The translations under genes and the position numbers were made by a program. The notes beneath the pieces were generated by a model. That model made no database searches. It saw only the letters and a program-made list of their open reading frames with translations, and was not told where the DNA came from. From positions 1,731,522 to 1,763,521 of the forward strand of contig NC_006576.1 in assembly GCF_000010065.1 (NCBI RefSeq): a stretch of DNA of 32,000 bases, given 5' to 3'. This DNA comes from Synechococcus elongatus PCC 6301. Its GTDB lineage: Bacteria > Cyanobacteriota > Cyanobacteriia > Synechococcales > Synechococcaceae. This document shows, in pieces, positions 10,445 to 21,583 of the stretch. The stretch's first letter is position 1. The number at the start of each line of letters is the position of its first letter.

Positions 10445-11202
10445 GCCTCCTGCAGCTCGAGCAAGTGACGCGCCGCTTTGGTGGCCTTGTTGCGGTCAAT
10501 CAAGTCTCCTTCAAGGTCGAAGTGGGTGAGATCTTTGGACTGATTGGCCCCAATGGTGCGGGCAAGACAACGCTCTTCAACTTGATCACCGGCTTACAAC
10601 CGTTAAGCGGCGGTGAGATTTGCTTTCAGGGCGATCGTCTCGATCGCCAGCGACCGGATCAGATCGCGCAGCGGGGCATTGCCCGAACATTTCAGAACCT
10701 GAGGCTGTTCAATCAGCTATCAGTGTTCGAGAACGTGCTGGTGGCGCGTCATCGGCAAGCTCGTACTTCTCTGTGGGATGAGCTGATCGGGTCGAGCCGA
10801 GCGACCCGTCAAAGTCGAGGCGATCGCCGCCGTGTGCAGGAATTGCTGGAGTTGCTCGAGCTGAGCGATCAAGCGGATCAGCCCGCTGCCAGTTTGGCCT
10901 ATGGCGATCGCCGCCGTTTGGAAATTGCCCGTGCGCTAGCGCTAGAGCCGCAACTCTTGCTGTTGGATGAGCCTGCAGCTGGACTCAACCCTCGGGAAAA
11001 ACAGGATTTAAGCGATCGCATTCGGGCGATTCGGGAGCAATTCCAGCTGACGGTGGTTTTGATTGAGCACCATGTGCCGCTGGTGATGGGTCTGTGCGAT
11101 CGCATTGCGGTATTGGATTTTGGGCAATTGATTGCCCTTGGCGATCCGGCCACGGTTCGCCAGGATCCGGCTGTGATTGAGGCATACCTAGGCGATGAGT
11201 GA
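10441..11202 (+). CDS. livG: ABC transporter ATP-binding protein (LivG family)
   Basis: The ATG at 10441 overlaps the livM stop (ATGA). Contains Walker A GPNGAGKTT, signature LAYGDRRRLEIARAL and Walker B LLLLDEPAAG. The ORF-track start at 10306 lies inside livM and was rejected. Confidence 0.92.
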   Translation: MSLLQLEQVTRRFGGLVAVNQVSFKVEVGEIFGLIGPNGAGKTTLFNLITGLQPLSGGEICFQGDRLDRQRPDQIAQRGIARTFQNLRLFNQLSVFENVLVARHRQARTSLWDELIGSSRATRQSRGDRRRVQELLELLELSDQADQPAASLAYGDRRRLEIARALALEPQLLLLDEPAAGLNPREKQDLSDRIRAIREQFQLTVVLIEHHVPLVMGLCDRIAVLDFGQLIALGDPATVRQDPAVIEAYLGDE

Positions 11203-11908
11203 GCCCCTGCTGCAACTGAGTCAGATCGCAGTGAACTATGGGGCTGTGGTCGCCCTGACTGACTTGACGCTCGAGATTTTTCCGGGCGAGATCGTGGCGC
11301 TAATCGGGGCGAATGGCGCCGGCAAAAGCACGACCCTACGGGCAATTTCTCGCCTTGTGCCGCTTCAACAAGGCCGGATCTACTACGACCAGCAGGATCT
11401 GGGTTTGATCCCAGCGCCGCAACTGGTGGGACGAGGACTAGCGCATTGTCCTGAGGGTCGCCGTGTCTTGGCTCGTCAGAGTGTGCGGATCAATCTGGAA
11501 CTTGGAGCTTACTGTCGGCGCGATCGCATTGGAATTCAAACGGATCTAGAGCTGCAATTCGATCGCTTTCCGCGCCTGCGGGAACGACAGAATCAACCGG
11601 CTGGTACCCTCAGTGGCGGCGAGCAACAGATGCTGGCGATCGCCCGAGCGTTGATGAGTCGTCCTCGCTTGCTGCTGTTAGATGAACCGAGCTTGGGCCT
11701 AGCTCCTCAGATCGTCCAAGAGATTTTTAGCGTCATCCGCAGCTTGCGTGAGCAAGGTATGACGATTCTCTTGGTTGAGCAGAATGCTACTTTGGCGCTC
11801 CAGACTGCCGATCGCGGCTACGTTCTGGAGGCAGGACAACTGCTCTTCTCAGGGCCAGCAGCGGATCTGCTGATTGATCCCCGCGTCAAGCAAGCCTATC
11901 TGGGCTAG
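11195..11908 (+). CDS. livF: ABC transporter ATP-binding protein (LivF family)
   Basis: Overlaps livG by 8 nt. Contains Walker A GANGAGKST, signature LSGGEQQMLAIARAL and Walker B LLLLDEPSLGL. Confidence 0.92.
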   Translation: MSEPLLQLSQIAVNYGAVVALTDLTLEIFPGEIVALIGANGAGKSTTLRAISRLVPLQQGRIYYDQQDLGLIPAPQLVGRGLAHCPEGRRVLARQSVRINLELGAYCRRDRIGIQTDLELQFDRFPRLRERQNQPAGTLSGGEQQMLAIARALMSRPRLLLLDEPSLGLAPQIVQEIFSVIRSLREQGMTILLVEQNATLALQTADRGYVLEAGQLLFSGPAADLLIDPRVKQAYLG

Positions 11909-12074
11909 GAGCAGCCGGCGCTCCAACGAGTTGGCTGTATTGCATTTAGCAAGAAAATCAGGACTTTTGTGTCTAAGCTGCCTAGTCTCCAACCCGTGGT
12001 CACCACCGGCAAGTTTTACCCGCCGCGATCGCGATCCAGCCGATCAGTCGCACCCGAAATCTTGTTGCGGGGGG

Positions 12075-12129
12075 CTGGGGGAGTCGAGTCCCCCAGTGCG
12101 TGGGTGTGGGGGTGCGCAATCACCCCCAC
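12075..12129. terminator. Two adjacent G/C-rich hairpins in the livF/gyrB convergent intergenic region
   Basis: CTGGGGGA-gtcgag-TCCCCCAG (12075-12096) and GTGGGGG-10 nt-CCCCCAC (12106-12129). They could act as a bidirectional terminator or be part of a small RNA or repeat element. Confidence 0.3.
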
Positions 12130-12313
12130 GGACAGAGGCTGTTGAATCCAAACCAACCAACTCAAAAATCGTCCTAACCTTCCTGCAGAATGCTATGGGC
12201 ACCAACAAACGCCGCATTGACCGGCACTAGGATGCCTTAGCCGACTGCTGTTTGCTGAAGACTCGTTATGGCGGCAGAGCAAGACTGATGAGGAATTGCG
12301 ACGGGCTGGGACT

Positions 12314-14311
<1,998 letters not shown>

Positions 14312-14372
14312 TCAAAATACTAGCACAAAAGCCTTAAAGCCGCTTCTGGATGGCTCTCAAGGCGCGATCGCA

Positions 14373-15299
14373 GTGGAGATGGAATCGCGTTTGAAACCAG
14401 GTTTGATTGTCCTCTGTGGGCCAACGGCGGCAGGAAAATCGAGTTTGGCGATCGCGATCGCCCAGCGTTTGGGCAGCCCAATTTTGAGTGCTGATTCGCG
14501 GCTGGTTTATCGCGACTTTAATATTGGCACCGCCAAGCCCACCCCTGCCGAGCAGCAGCAGGTGCCCCACTATTTAATGGATCTCTGTGATCCCCGCCAA
14601 GTTTTTACCGTTGGGGATTATCAAGATTGTGCAGTGCCACTGATTCAGCAACTCCAGGAAAAAGGAATGCTGCCCTTGTTGGTAGGGGGTACAGGTCTCT
14701 ACATCAAAGCGATCGTCAACGGTTTACGCTTTCCCCGCATTGCACCGCAGCCTAAGCTGCGATCGCAACTTCAAGCGTTAGGTCAGCCACTCTGTCATGC
14801 CCTATTACAGCGGGTTGATCCGGTGGCTGGCGACCGAATTCATGTCAATGATCGCGTTCGGACCTTGCGAGCCTTAGAAGTCTTCTATGTCAGTGGCGAT
14901 CGCCTGACGGATCTGCAGCAGGAGCAACCGCCGAGCTATCCAATTCTGCAGATTGGCTTGGATAGCGATCGCTTAGAAGCCAGGATTCAGCAGCGCACCC
15001 AGCAGATGTTAACGTCGGGCTTCGTTGAGGAAGTGCAAGGATTGTGCGATCGCTACGGTAGCGATCTGCCGCTGCTCAATACCCTGGGCTATCGCCAGGT
15101 TTGTGCTTTTCTACAGGGAAGTTTGAGTCGGTCAGAGTTGCCAGAGCAAATCGTCCTGCAGACGCGCCAGTATGCCAAACAGCAGCGCACTTGGTTCCGG
15201 GCCGATTCATCGATTCAGTGGATTGATGCCGAAGCCGGCAATCGCCTGGAGCGGGCGCTAGACCTGATTGAGCGCTTCCGAAAGAGTGAGGGCGTTTGA
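14373..15299 (+). CDS. miaA: tRNA dimethylallyltransferase
   Basis: P-loop CGPTAAGKSSLAIAIA plus SADSRLVYRDFNIGTAKPT. The start is either GTG 14373 or ATG 14379. Confidence 0.95.
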   Translation: MEMESRLKPGLIVLCGPTAAGKSSLAIAIAQRLGSPILSADSRLVYRDFNIGTAKPTPAEQQQVPHYLMDLCDPRQVFTVGDYQDCAVPLIQQLQEKGMLPLLVGGTGLYIKAIVNGLRFPRIAPQPKLRSQLQALGQPLCHALLQRVDPVAGDRIHVNDRVRTLRALEVFYVSGDRLTDLQQEQPPSYPILQIGLDSDRLEARIQQRTQQMLTSGFVEEVQGLCDRYGSDLPLLNTLGYRQVCAFLQGSLSRSELPEQIVLQTRQYAKQQRTWFRADSSIQWIDAEAGNRLERALDLIERFRKSEGV

Positions 15300-15393
15300 G
15301 CTAAGCTTCAGTCCCTACATCAAGCTCGGGGTCGAAGAGTGCTGAGAGCATAAGCACAAGCTTCGAGAAACGTGGCAAGGGGGAAACAGCTGC

Positions 15394-15669
15394 TCAGCGA
15401 CCGTATTTGTAGCCAGCCGCGAGAGCCTCCTCGAAGCACGACTTCAGGCTAGGACTCTCATCCAAGAGCTGTCCAACCACCAAGTGTGGATTTGCGATTG
15501 TAATCCGCTCATTGCGACTGCGACGATCGGACTGATATTGCCATTTCAGATGGTGCAGGCCGAGCTGCTGGAAAGCAGACCCTAAAGCGCAGTACTCGCT
15601 TGTGCCCCAGTCTTCGATCTCCACAATCACAGTGGCCCAAGCTACCTGCTCGTAGCGGCACAGCCGCAA
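15394..15669 (-). CDS. Hypothetical protein (91 aa), coding status uncertain
   Basis: The composition looks protein-like, but the ORF has no ATG at all. Only a TTG sits immediately after an in-frame stop, plus internal GTGs. I recognised no family. Confidence 0.4.
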   Translation of the reverse strand: MRLCRYEQVAWATVIVEIEDWGTSEYCALGSAFQQLGLHHLKWQYQSDRRSRNERITIANPHLVVGQLLDESPSLKSCFEEALAAGYKYGR

Positions 15670-15751
15670 CAGTTAGGCTGCAGAGCAAGCTGAACTGCGA
15701 AGATCTTGATCGCAGCAATTGAGAGGCAGGGGATTTTGCAGTGCCAAGAAC

Positions 15752-16360
15752 CTACGGCTGGCGGGGTTTGAGTCGTGAGGGCTTGCTTGGTGCTGGCTGA
15801 GAAGCTGGCGTCTGCAGCTCTGAGACTTTGCAGTCCTTCTTCAGGAATAAGTCAGTCAAATGTTCGCGGCGGGCGGTCGCCGTCCCTAGTTCACCGCCAA
15901 GCTTCATCAACTCTCCTTGGCTGGTCTCGAGTTCAGCTATTTGGGCTTCCAAAGCACTGAATTCGGCGGCTTGGGCTGCAGAGCTGGCAAGGCTGCCGAC
16001 AGTACTAGTAATCAGGCCCGCACCTGGAATCAAACCTGCGAGGCCACTAAGCGTACTGATGGCGCTGGATGCCCCCCCAATACCACCAGCAGAGGAAGTC
16101 ATGGCGCGGCTCGTGCGACTGACTTTGTCCATCAGAGCTTCGTACTGGGTTTGGCGATCGCGGATCGTTGTTTCCAGATCCTGCACTTCGGTGTAGAGCT
16201 GGGCACAGGTCAGCTCGCCATCGCCGAGTTTTTTGACTGGGCCGGTGGGAAATACCCCTTCGGAATCGAGCAGAGGGTCAAAAGTTTGAGCAAAGGCAGC
16301 ACCGATACTCGAACTCAAGAGCATGGGGACGAGCAAAAGCTGACTCAGGAGCCAACGCAT
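15752..16360 (-). CDS. Secreted or periplasmic hypothetical protein with coiled-coil arms and a Gly/Ala/Ser-rich core
   Basis: Clear signal peptide (MRWLLSQLLLVPMLLSSSIGAAFA|Q), heptad-like acidic segments on either side of an SSAGGIGGASSAISTLSGLAGLIPGAGLITSTVGSLASSAAQAA core, and a Pro/Lys-rich tail. Confidence 0.6.
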   Translation of the reverse strand: MRWLLSQLLLVPMLLSSSIGAAFAQTFDPLLDSEGVFPTGPVKKLGDGELTCAQLYTEVQDLETTIRDRQTQYEALMDKVSRTSRAMTSSAGGIGGASSAISTLSGLAGLIPGAGLITSTVGSLASSAAQAAEFSALEAQIAELETSQGELMKLGGELGTATARREHLTDLFLKKDCKVSELQTPASQPAPSKPSRLKPRQP

Positions 16361-16431
16361 AGTGGTGTCTCTCGGAAAGGTTAGGACTGCTGGAGACTGG
16401 GGCGATCGCTGCCTTCGCAGTGAACCCCAAG

Positions 16432-16650
16432 TTATGCAGCGGATTGCAGTTGATCGAGTCGCAACCAGACATTGGGCGTTGGGCGCGAGAAGCGAACAAG
16501 GGCATAGTCGCCTTTGATATCCAAGATCTCGCCGTTGGTTTCGAGCACATAGCTGGGAATGCGACCGTCACTGGCCAACAGTTCGACGCTGCCTTGAAGT
16601 TGCTCGGCGATCGCACGAACCAAAGATCCTTTCTTGAGGGCTGCAGCCAT
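16432..16650 (-). CDS. ndhO: NAD(P)H-quinone oxidoreductase (NDH-1) subunit O
   Basis: 72 aa. The pattern KKGSLVR...[35 protein letters not shown] matches my memory of the cyanobacterial NdhO family. Confidence 0.7.
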   Translation of the reverse strand: MAAALKKGSLVRAIAEQLQGSVELLASDGRIPSYVLETNGEILDIKGDYALVRFSRPTPNVWLRLDQLQSAA

Positions 16651-16957
16651 GGGGCTTATCCGAGGAGCAATACGCCCCTCATTGTAGGCAGAGTTGGCGA
16701 TCGCAACAGTTCAGGGACCTGATCAGAGATTGATGAAAATCATAAATTTAGGAATGATGACCTGACAGAACAGCCTTAGTTCTTATTTATTTAATAATCC
16801 TGAAGACTGGCAGCAAAGCTTCATTGAGACTTGACCTAGCGCTTTGGTAAACGCCGTGTTTGAACAAGGTTTGTATCCCGTGTAGCTAGTTACGGATCAG
16901 GTTGACTAAAGTCCGGCAGAATAGAATTAGATTTAAGAGAAGAGGGCCAGACGGTCT

Positions 16958-18538
16958 ATGGCTCGACGATGGGTCCACAAAAAACGCAACAGCAGCGATC
17001 GCGGCTATATCCTAGGCATCGTAATTGTCCTTGCCTTAGTTCTAGGGGTTAGTGTCGCTGCCCTAGCGCTCCGGAGTGCTGGTGAAAAAGCTGGGTCGAG
17101 CCAGCGGAATAGTGTTGATCTGAGCCTTTCAGCAGCAGAAATCGGTCAAGACCGCCTCTTTGCTAATCTCAATGGAGTTTTTGGACCTTATGCCTCAGCG
17201 GCGTTCCCTGATACAACGACAGGAGTTGCAACGACCGCAACTCGTTCTTGGGCACAACTCAGAACAGTTCTGACTTCGGGAGGGACAGCTAACGCTAATC
17301 CCTGCTCAACTCCAACTCCAGACTTTAATATCCTCACGACAGTTGGAACGAGTACTTTAGGAAATAGTGGTCAGCTGAGTTGGCAGTTGGTTAGCTATAA
17401 GCCTCAGGCTAACAATACAGCCCGGGTCGTCATGCGGGGTTTCCAAGGTACAAGTAGCTCAAACATACGAACAGAAGTTGAGCGAACCTACGCCACACGT
17501 CGAGTAACAGCCTTTAATACTGCTTCTACGTTTCCTGCACTGCTGACGGGCAGTGTGACACTAGGGAACAACGATGTAATTTCTGTCGTAGATCCAAATA
17601 CAGGACAATCTGTTTGTAACGCTAATGTTTACTGTCTAACTTGTACCGGTATTAATAATTTTGGCCAGAACCCTCAAAGTGTTGTTGATGGTGACTTGGT
17701 TTATCGTGCAACAACACCCGACGCCGATGGGAACTCTCTACTAAGTAATGGCATTGACTGGAATCAGAATACTAATTTTCCAGCTCCTAAGGTATGGCCA
17801 GGTTATCCAACAATCCCTATTCCTTTTTCTGCAGTAACTAACTTGCAAATTGCAGCTCTTTTTGCGGCACCTTCTTCTACTCTAAATCCTGGGTTCTACA
17901 ATGACTTAGGGGGTAGGCTAAGCCCAAGTAACCCGCTAGATTTACGGCTGAATCCAGATATCACAGGAAGTATCACTCTTCCGCGCTCAACTGATGTTAT
18001 TGGAGCAAATGGAGCCTACAACTATTTAGTCCGGGATGTAACAACCAACGGTAATGAGTTTATTCGCGTCAATACGCCTGGCTGCGAAGGTGTAACCCCC
18101 GTCCCAACTTCAACCTGTAAGCCAGTTTATCTATATGTCGTGGGTGACGTGAATGCTGATTTCTTGCATACAAACTCGCCCACTGGGACTACAACGGTTA
18201 ATGAGCCGGAAGACTTTGTGATTTTTGGTCGGCCTGGTGACTACACTGCCTCTGGCATTGATCAGACCATTACTATCAATGGTGGCTCGCGAGTAACCAG
18301 TGCTTTAGTGGTCGCTCCCCGCGCACGAGTAGGCGTCAACGGGGGGTCTAACAACCCAGACTTTTACGGTGCTGTCTGGTCAAAGGAATGGAATGGCTCT
18401 AGTAGTAATAACGTTGAGATTGTTGTTCCCCTCGACATTGCTGAGAGAGCAAGAGAATTCTACAATTCACCCCGTCCAACGGTCCTTCGCCTGAACTTCC
18501 TAGATATTTGGAGAGCAGGGGGTACGTTTAATCCATGA
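16958..18538 (+). CDS. Large PilX_N-like pilus protein, module A (526 aa)
   Basis: The basic N-terminus is followed by G|YILGIVIVLALVLGV, a pilin-like hydrophobic helix without Glu+5, as in the PilX_N family. Six Cys are conserved with the paralogue at 20096. The C-terminal region (VYLYVVGDV...ITINGGSRVTSALVVAPRARVGVNGGSNNPDFYGAVW) suggests repetitive beta-strands. Confidence 0.7.
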   Translation: MARRWVHKKRNSSDRGYILGIVIVLALVLGVSVAALALRSAGEKAGSSQRNSVDLSLSAAEIGQDRLFANLNGVFGPYASAAFPDTTTGVATTATRSWAQLRTVLTSGGTANANPCSTPTPDFNILTTVGTSTLGNSGQLSWQLVSYKPQANNTARVVMRGFQGTSSSNIRTEVERTYATRRVTAFNTASTFPALLTGSVTLGNNDVISVVDPNTGQSVCNANVYCLTCTGINNFGQNPQSVVDGDLVYRATTPDADGNSLLSNGIDWNQNTNFPAPKVWPGYPTIPIPFSAVTNLQIAALFAAPSSTLNPGFYNDLGGRLSPSNPLDLRLNPDITGSITLPRSTDVIGANGAYNYLVRDVTTNGNEFIRVNTPGCEGVTPVPTSTCKPVYLYVVGDVNADFLHTNSPTGTTTVNEPEDFVIFGRPGDYTASGIDQTITINGGSRVTSALVVAPRARVGVNGGSNNPDFYGAVWSKEWNGSSSNNVEIVVPLDIAERAREFYNSPRPTVLRLNFLDIWRAGGTFNP

Positions 18539-19128
18539 AGAGAATTCATAAACGATCGCGCCGGTCGCAGTTAGGCTTCTCACTGGTCGAGATCCTAGTC
18601 GCTGCTATTCTGACTGTCCTCTTAGCTCAAGCAACTGCGGCTGCTTTAAGAATTTCAGTCCAAACTCAAAATCGGGCCAGCACTGAAAACTCTTTTGAAA
18701 ATGCCATTGTTGCTGATTTAGAGCAAGTTAGAGCTATCAATCGAAATCTTTGCCGTAATCCTAACTTTGATCGCACTGCAACAACTTCTCCTAACAACCT
18801 GAGCTATGGTCCTTTTGGTGACTGTGCTGGAACTATCTTTCAGGAAAGATGCCGGGCAACGGGCACCACACCCGGATTTGGTAATCTTCTCCAAGCGCAA
18901 GTCCCTAATTTTACGAGCCAGACTGTGATTGTGAATGGACAGACTTGGACTATATCTCGACAAACTCTTGTTCCCGATCGTCCTCTCAACTCAGGAGATG
19001 CCGGCTATGCAGAATCGAGTCAGTCAGTATTGAAGGTTAGATATGACTTGACTAGAGGAAGTACAACAATTGCACCGGCTTTTGTCACCGAGTTTGTTCC
19101 TGATGCAGTAGGCTCGTGTCAAGGATAA
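18535..19128 (+). CDS. Type IV minor pilin, PilV-like, module A (197 aa)
   Basis: Class III signal: MKRIHKRSRRSQLG|FSLVEILVAAILTVLLA, with Gly-1, Phe+1 and Glu+5. The start overlaps the upstream stop (ATGA). It has four Cys. Confidence 0.8.
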   Translation: MKRIHKRSRRSQLGFSLVEILVAAILTVLLAQATAAALRISVQTQNRASTENSFENAIVADLEQVRAINRNLCRNPNFDRTATTSPNNLSYGPFGDCAGTIFQERCRATGTTPGFGNLLQAQVPNFTSQTVIVNGQTWTISRQTLVPDRPLNSGDAGYAESSQSVLKVRYDLTRGSTTIAPAFVTEFVPDAVGSCQG

Positions 19129-19273
19129 GTTAATTAACCCTAGTATTAAACTTTCTACTAGATTAAAGGTTTGCCCTTTCTAGCATGTCCATAGCATTCG
19201 TTTAATTCATTCTTTCATCCTGAAACTCAGTAGTCAGTATGACTCGTAGCCTAGCAACAGGAGAACTATCGAG

Positions 19274-19966
19274 ATGAGTACGCAACGCCTCTTTTGGCGA
19301 TGGTTTTTACAGCGTCATGGTGAAGCTGGTATCACTCTAGTCGAGGTTCTAGTTGCGGGTATTATTGGCGTGTTGGTTGTTTTGGCGGGCGGTTATGCGT
19401 TAGTGACCAACCTCCGAGTCGATCGCGAACTGTCATCAGCCGCAATTCAACGCAATCTTCAAACGAGAGCTTTGGAGTACATCAGTAGTGAAGTCCGTCA
19501 AGCCAACTTAATCTACGCGCCGAATAACACACCGAACCTGTGCAGTAGCTATACGAGAGTCTTGGGGCTGCAAACAACGGTGAATGGTAGCAATCGCAAT
19601 ATTGTTTATGCGGTTGGCAATGCCAACAACCCATGGCGGGGCGATCGCGTGCTATATCGCTGTGGCCCGCCAATCGATACCTCCACTGGACGTTACAGCT
19701 CAGGTAGCGACGTTGAAGAAGTGATTTTGGATGGCTTGAGCAGCGCTACCCTGGTGGCTAATAGCAATGGATGTGGTGCTGTCCCGACGGCCTACGCTGT
19801 TAGCAGCAGCAATACAGCAGGCCTGCGTGCTTTTTTCCGTACTGCCAGTAACGTCGTGAACACTAATTCCGCACAAATTCTGCTGGGGATGCAAATTGAT
19901 CGAGGTATTCAAGGAAATGCAACGAGTTGTGCAAGCATTGTTGCTTCCAATCGTTCGACCCCTTGA
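19274..19966 (+). CDS. Type IV minor pilin, PilW-like, module A (230 aa)
   Basis: Class III signal ...HGEAG|ITLVEVLVAGIIGVLVV, with Ile+1 and Glu+5. AGGAG lies 8 nt upstream of the ATG. The PilW-like N-terminal region is LVTNLRVDRELSSAAIQRNLQTRALEYISSEVRQAN. Confidence 0.75.
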   Translation: MSTQRLFWRWFLQRHGEAGITLVEVLVAGIIGVLVVLAGGYALVTNLRVDRELSSAAIQRNLQTRALEYISSEVRQANLIYAPNNTPNLCSSYTRVLGLQTTVNGSNRNIVYAVGNANNPWRGDRVLYRCGPPIDTSTGRYSSGSDVEEVILDGLSSATLVANSNGCGAVPTAYAVSSSNTAGLRAFFRTASNVVNTNSAQILLGMQIDRGIQGNATSCASIVASNRSTP

Positions 19967-20095
19967 TAAATGAGTAATGCTAAGTATTTAGCGATTTTTG
20001 ATCGCCTAGAGAATCTAGTGAACTGTACTTGTCTACCGCTAGCAGCAAAAATTCACTAAGATTTGGGTATATTCGTCTCTGGTGCTTAGGCTGCA

Positions 20096-21583
20096 GTGAT
20101 GGTGAGACCTATCCAACTTGTGCGGGCGTGGTTGATCAGGCGATCGCCTAAGGCACGGTACCGTAAGCCCGGTGGGTACATTTTGGCGACCGTCATTGGT
20201 TTGAGCCTTATTTTGGCGGTTGGCATCACCTCAGTCAGCATCCGAGCTGCTGCCGAGCGAGCAGGTAGTTTGCAGACAACGACGATAAATCTTTCTCAAT
20301 CCGCAGCCGAAATTGGGATCGAGCGCTTGTATGCCGTTCTCAACAACGGACCTTATCAGTCATTAGCAAGCAAAAGATTTGATAGAGATTCAGACACAAC
20401 TACTTGGACAACAGAGATCAGTAATATCAACTCGGCAGCCAATCAGAACAGTAACAACGTAAGAGGGTGTGGTATTACCCCAGCAGTTACCACCCAGCAG
20501 CAGCTAAATGACTTGACAGCCGGGACTACAACAATTGCTTCTACTTCAAACAATATCTGGTGGAGACTGAAGAGCTATTCCCCACCGGATCTAACAACTA
20601 ATCCAAAAACCCCTGCAACTATCGTGATGCAAGGTGGAACAGGTACTAGCTCTGGTGATACCTCAGGTCGAAGAACCGAAATTGAGAAAAAGTTTTTCCC
20701 TGAGAATGGAACCCCCATTCTTCGCAATGCACTAGGAAATGCTGCACTCTTTGCCGGGTCAATTGACCTTGGCAACAATGATGTCCTCTCCAGTGATGCT
20801 ACTCAGGGCTGCGCCAACGTCTATTGCCGGGATTGCCAAACTGGGCAAGGTCCAAACAGTACTGTTGAAGGGGCCGTTATTACCTTGCCAGCTTCAGTTC
20901 CATTCCCGGAACCAAAAGTCTGGCCATCTTCTGGAGCAACCCAAGCGAATGGTTTCTACGACCGTAAAGGTCAAGCGCAACCTTTTGGAACTCCCCCACT
21001 CTTACGAGTTGCAGATTTTCCTAATACAGATGCCAATAAGTTTATCAACATTCGAGTTGATGATATTCCTGCCAATTTAAAAGTCATTAATGACAGTTGT
21101 GGGGGAGCTATCAGCACTCCTGATCGATTGCCTGTCAATACCAATTCCGGCTGTAAGCGAGTTGCAATTTACTTTGAAGGCAATATCACTGGACCTATTA
21201 CTCAACTTTATGCAGACCTTCCTACGGCTACCTTTCTTCCTTACCCAGAAAATCTAGTTCTTTATGGCTTGCCTTCCACTGCCACCGGCAATCAAAACAT
21301 TACCTTAAGTGGCAACAGTGACAAAATTCAAGGAGCAGTTATCGTAGCTCCCAAAGCCCGTGCTGGGATTAACGGTGGTCCGCCGAAAAGTCGTACTAAC
21401 CCAGATGTTTATGGGCCACTCTATGTGGGAATTTGGGATCGCTCTAACAGTAATAACGCAGAAATTGTCGTTCCTTATGATATGTTTGCCCGAATTGATG
21501 GCTTAATTCCCAATCTCAATGAGATCACGACTTTAGTTTCACTGCGGAGTGCAACATCATGGCAAAAGGGAGGCAATCTCTAG
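20096..21583 (+). CDS. Large PilX_N-like pilus protein, module B (495 aa), paralogue of 16958-18538
   Basis: G|YILATVIGLSLILAVG helix. Colinear similarity to the module A protein is visible along its length (LSQSAAEIGIERLY, W.L.SY.P, LGNNDV, ANVYC..C, FPEPKVWP, VAPKARAGINGG, SNNAEIVVP). The start is GTG 20096 or ATG 20099. Confidence 0.7.
   Translation: MMVRPIQLVRAWLIRRSPKARYRKPGGYILATVIGLSLILAVGITSVSIRAAAERAGSLQTTTINLSQSAAEIGIERLYAVLNNGPYQSLASKRFDRDSDTTTWTTEISNINSAANQNSNNVRGCGITPAVTTQQQLNDLTAGTTTIASTSNNIWWRLKSYSPPDLTTNPKTPATIVMQGGTGTSSGDTSGRRTEIEKKFFPENGTPILRNALGNAALFAGSIDLGNNDVLSSDATQGCANVYCRDCQTGQGPNSTVEGAVITLPASVPFPEPKVWPSSGATQANGFYDRKGQAQPFGTPPLLRVADFPNTDANKFINIRVDDIPANLKVINDSCGGAISTPDRLPVNTNSGCKRVAIYFEGNITGPITQLYADLPTATFLPYPENLVLYGLPSTATGNQNITLSGNSDKIQGAVIVAPKARAGINGGPPKSRTNPDVYGPLYVGIWDRSNSNNAEIVVPYDMFARIDGLIPNLNEITTLVSLRSATSWQKGGNL

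Noticed and set aside
11874-12230. 118-aa plus-strand ORF spanning the livF/gyrB intergenic region
   Set aside because: It starts inside livF in another frame. Its composition is Pro/Ser/Arg/Gly-rich and it runs through the two G-rich hairpins, so it is most likely non-coding.
19129-19138. Perfect 10-bp palindrome GTTAATTAAC immediately after the stop of the module A PilV-like gene
   Set aside because: It is too short and AT-rich to distinguish from chance in an AT-rich intergenic region, and it has no partner site or adjacent U-tract.
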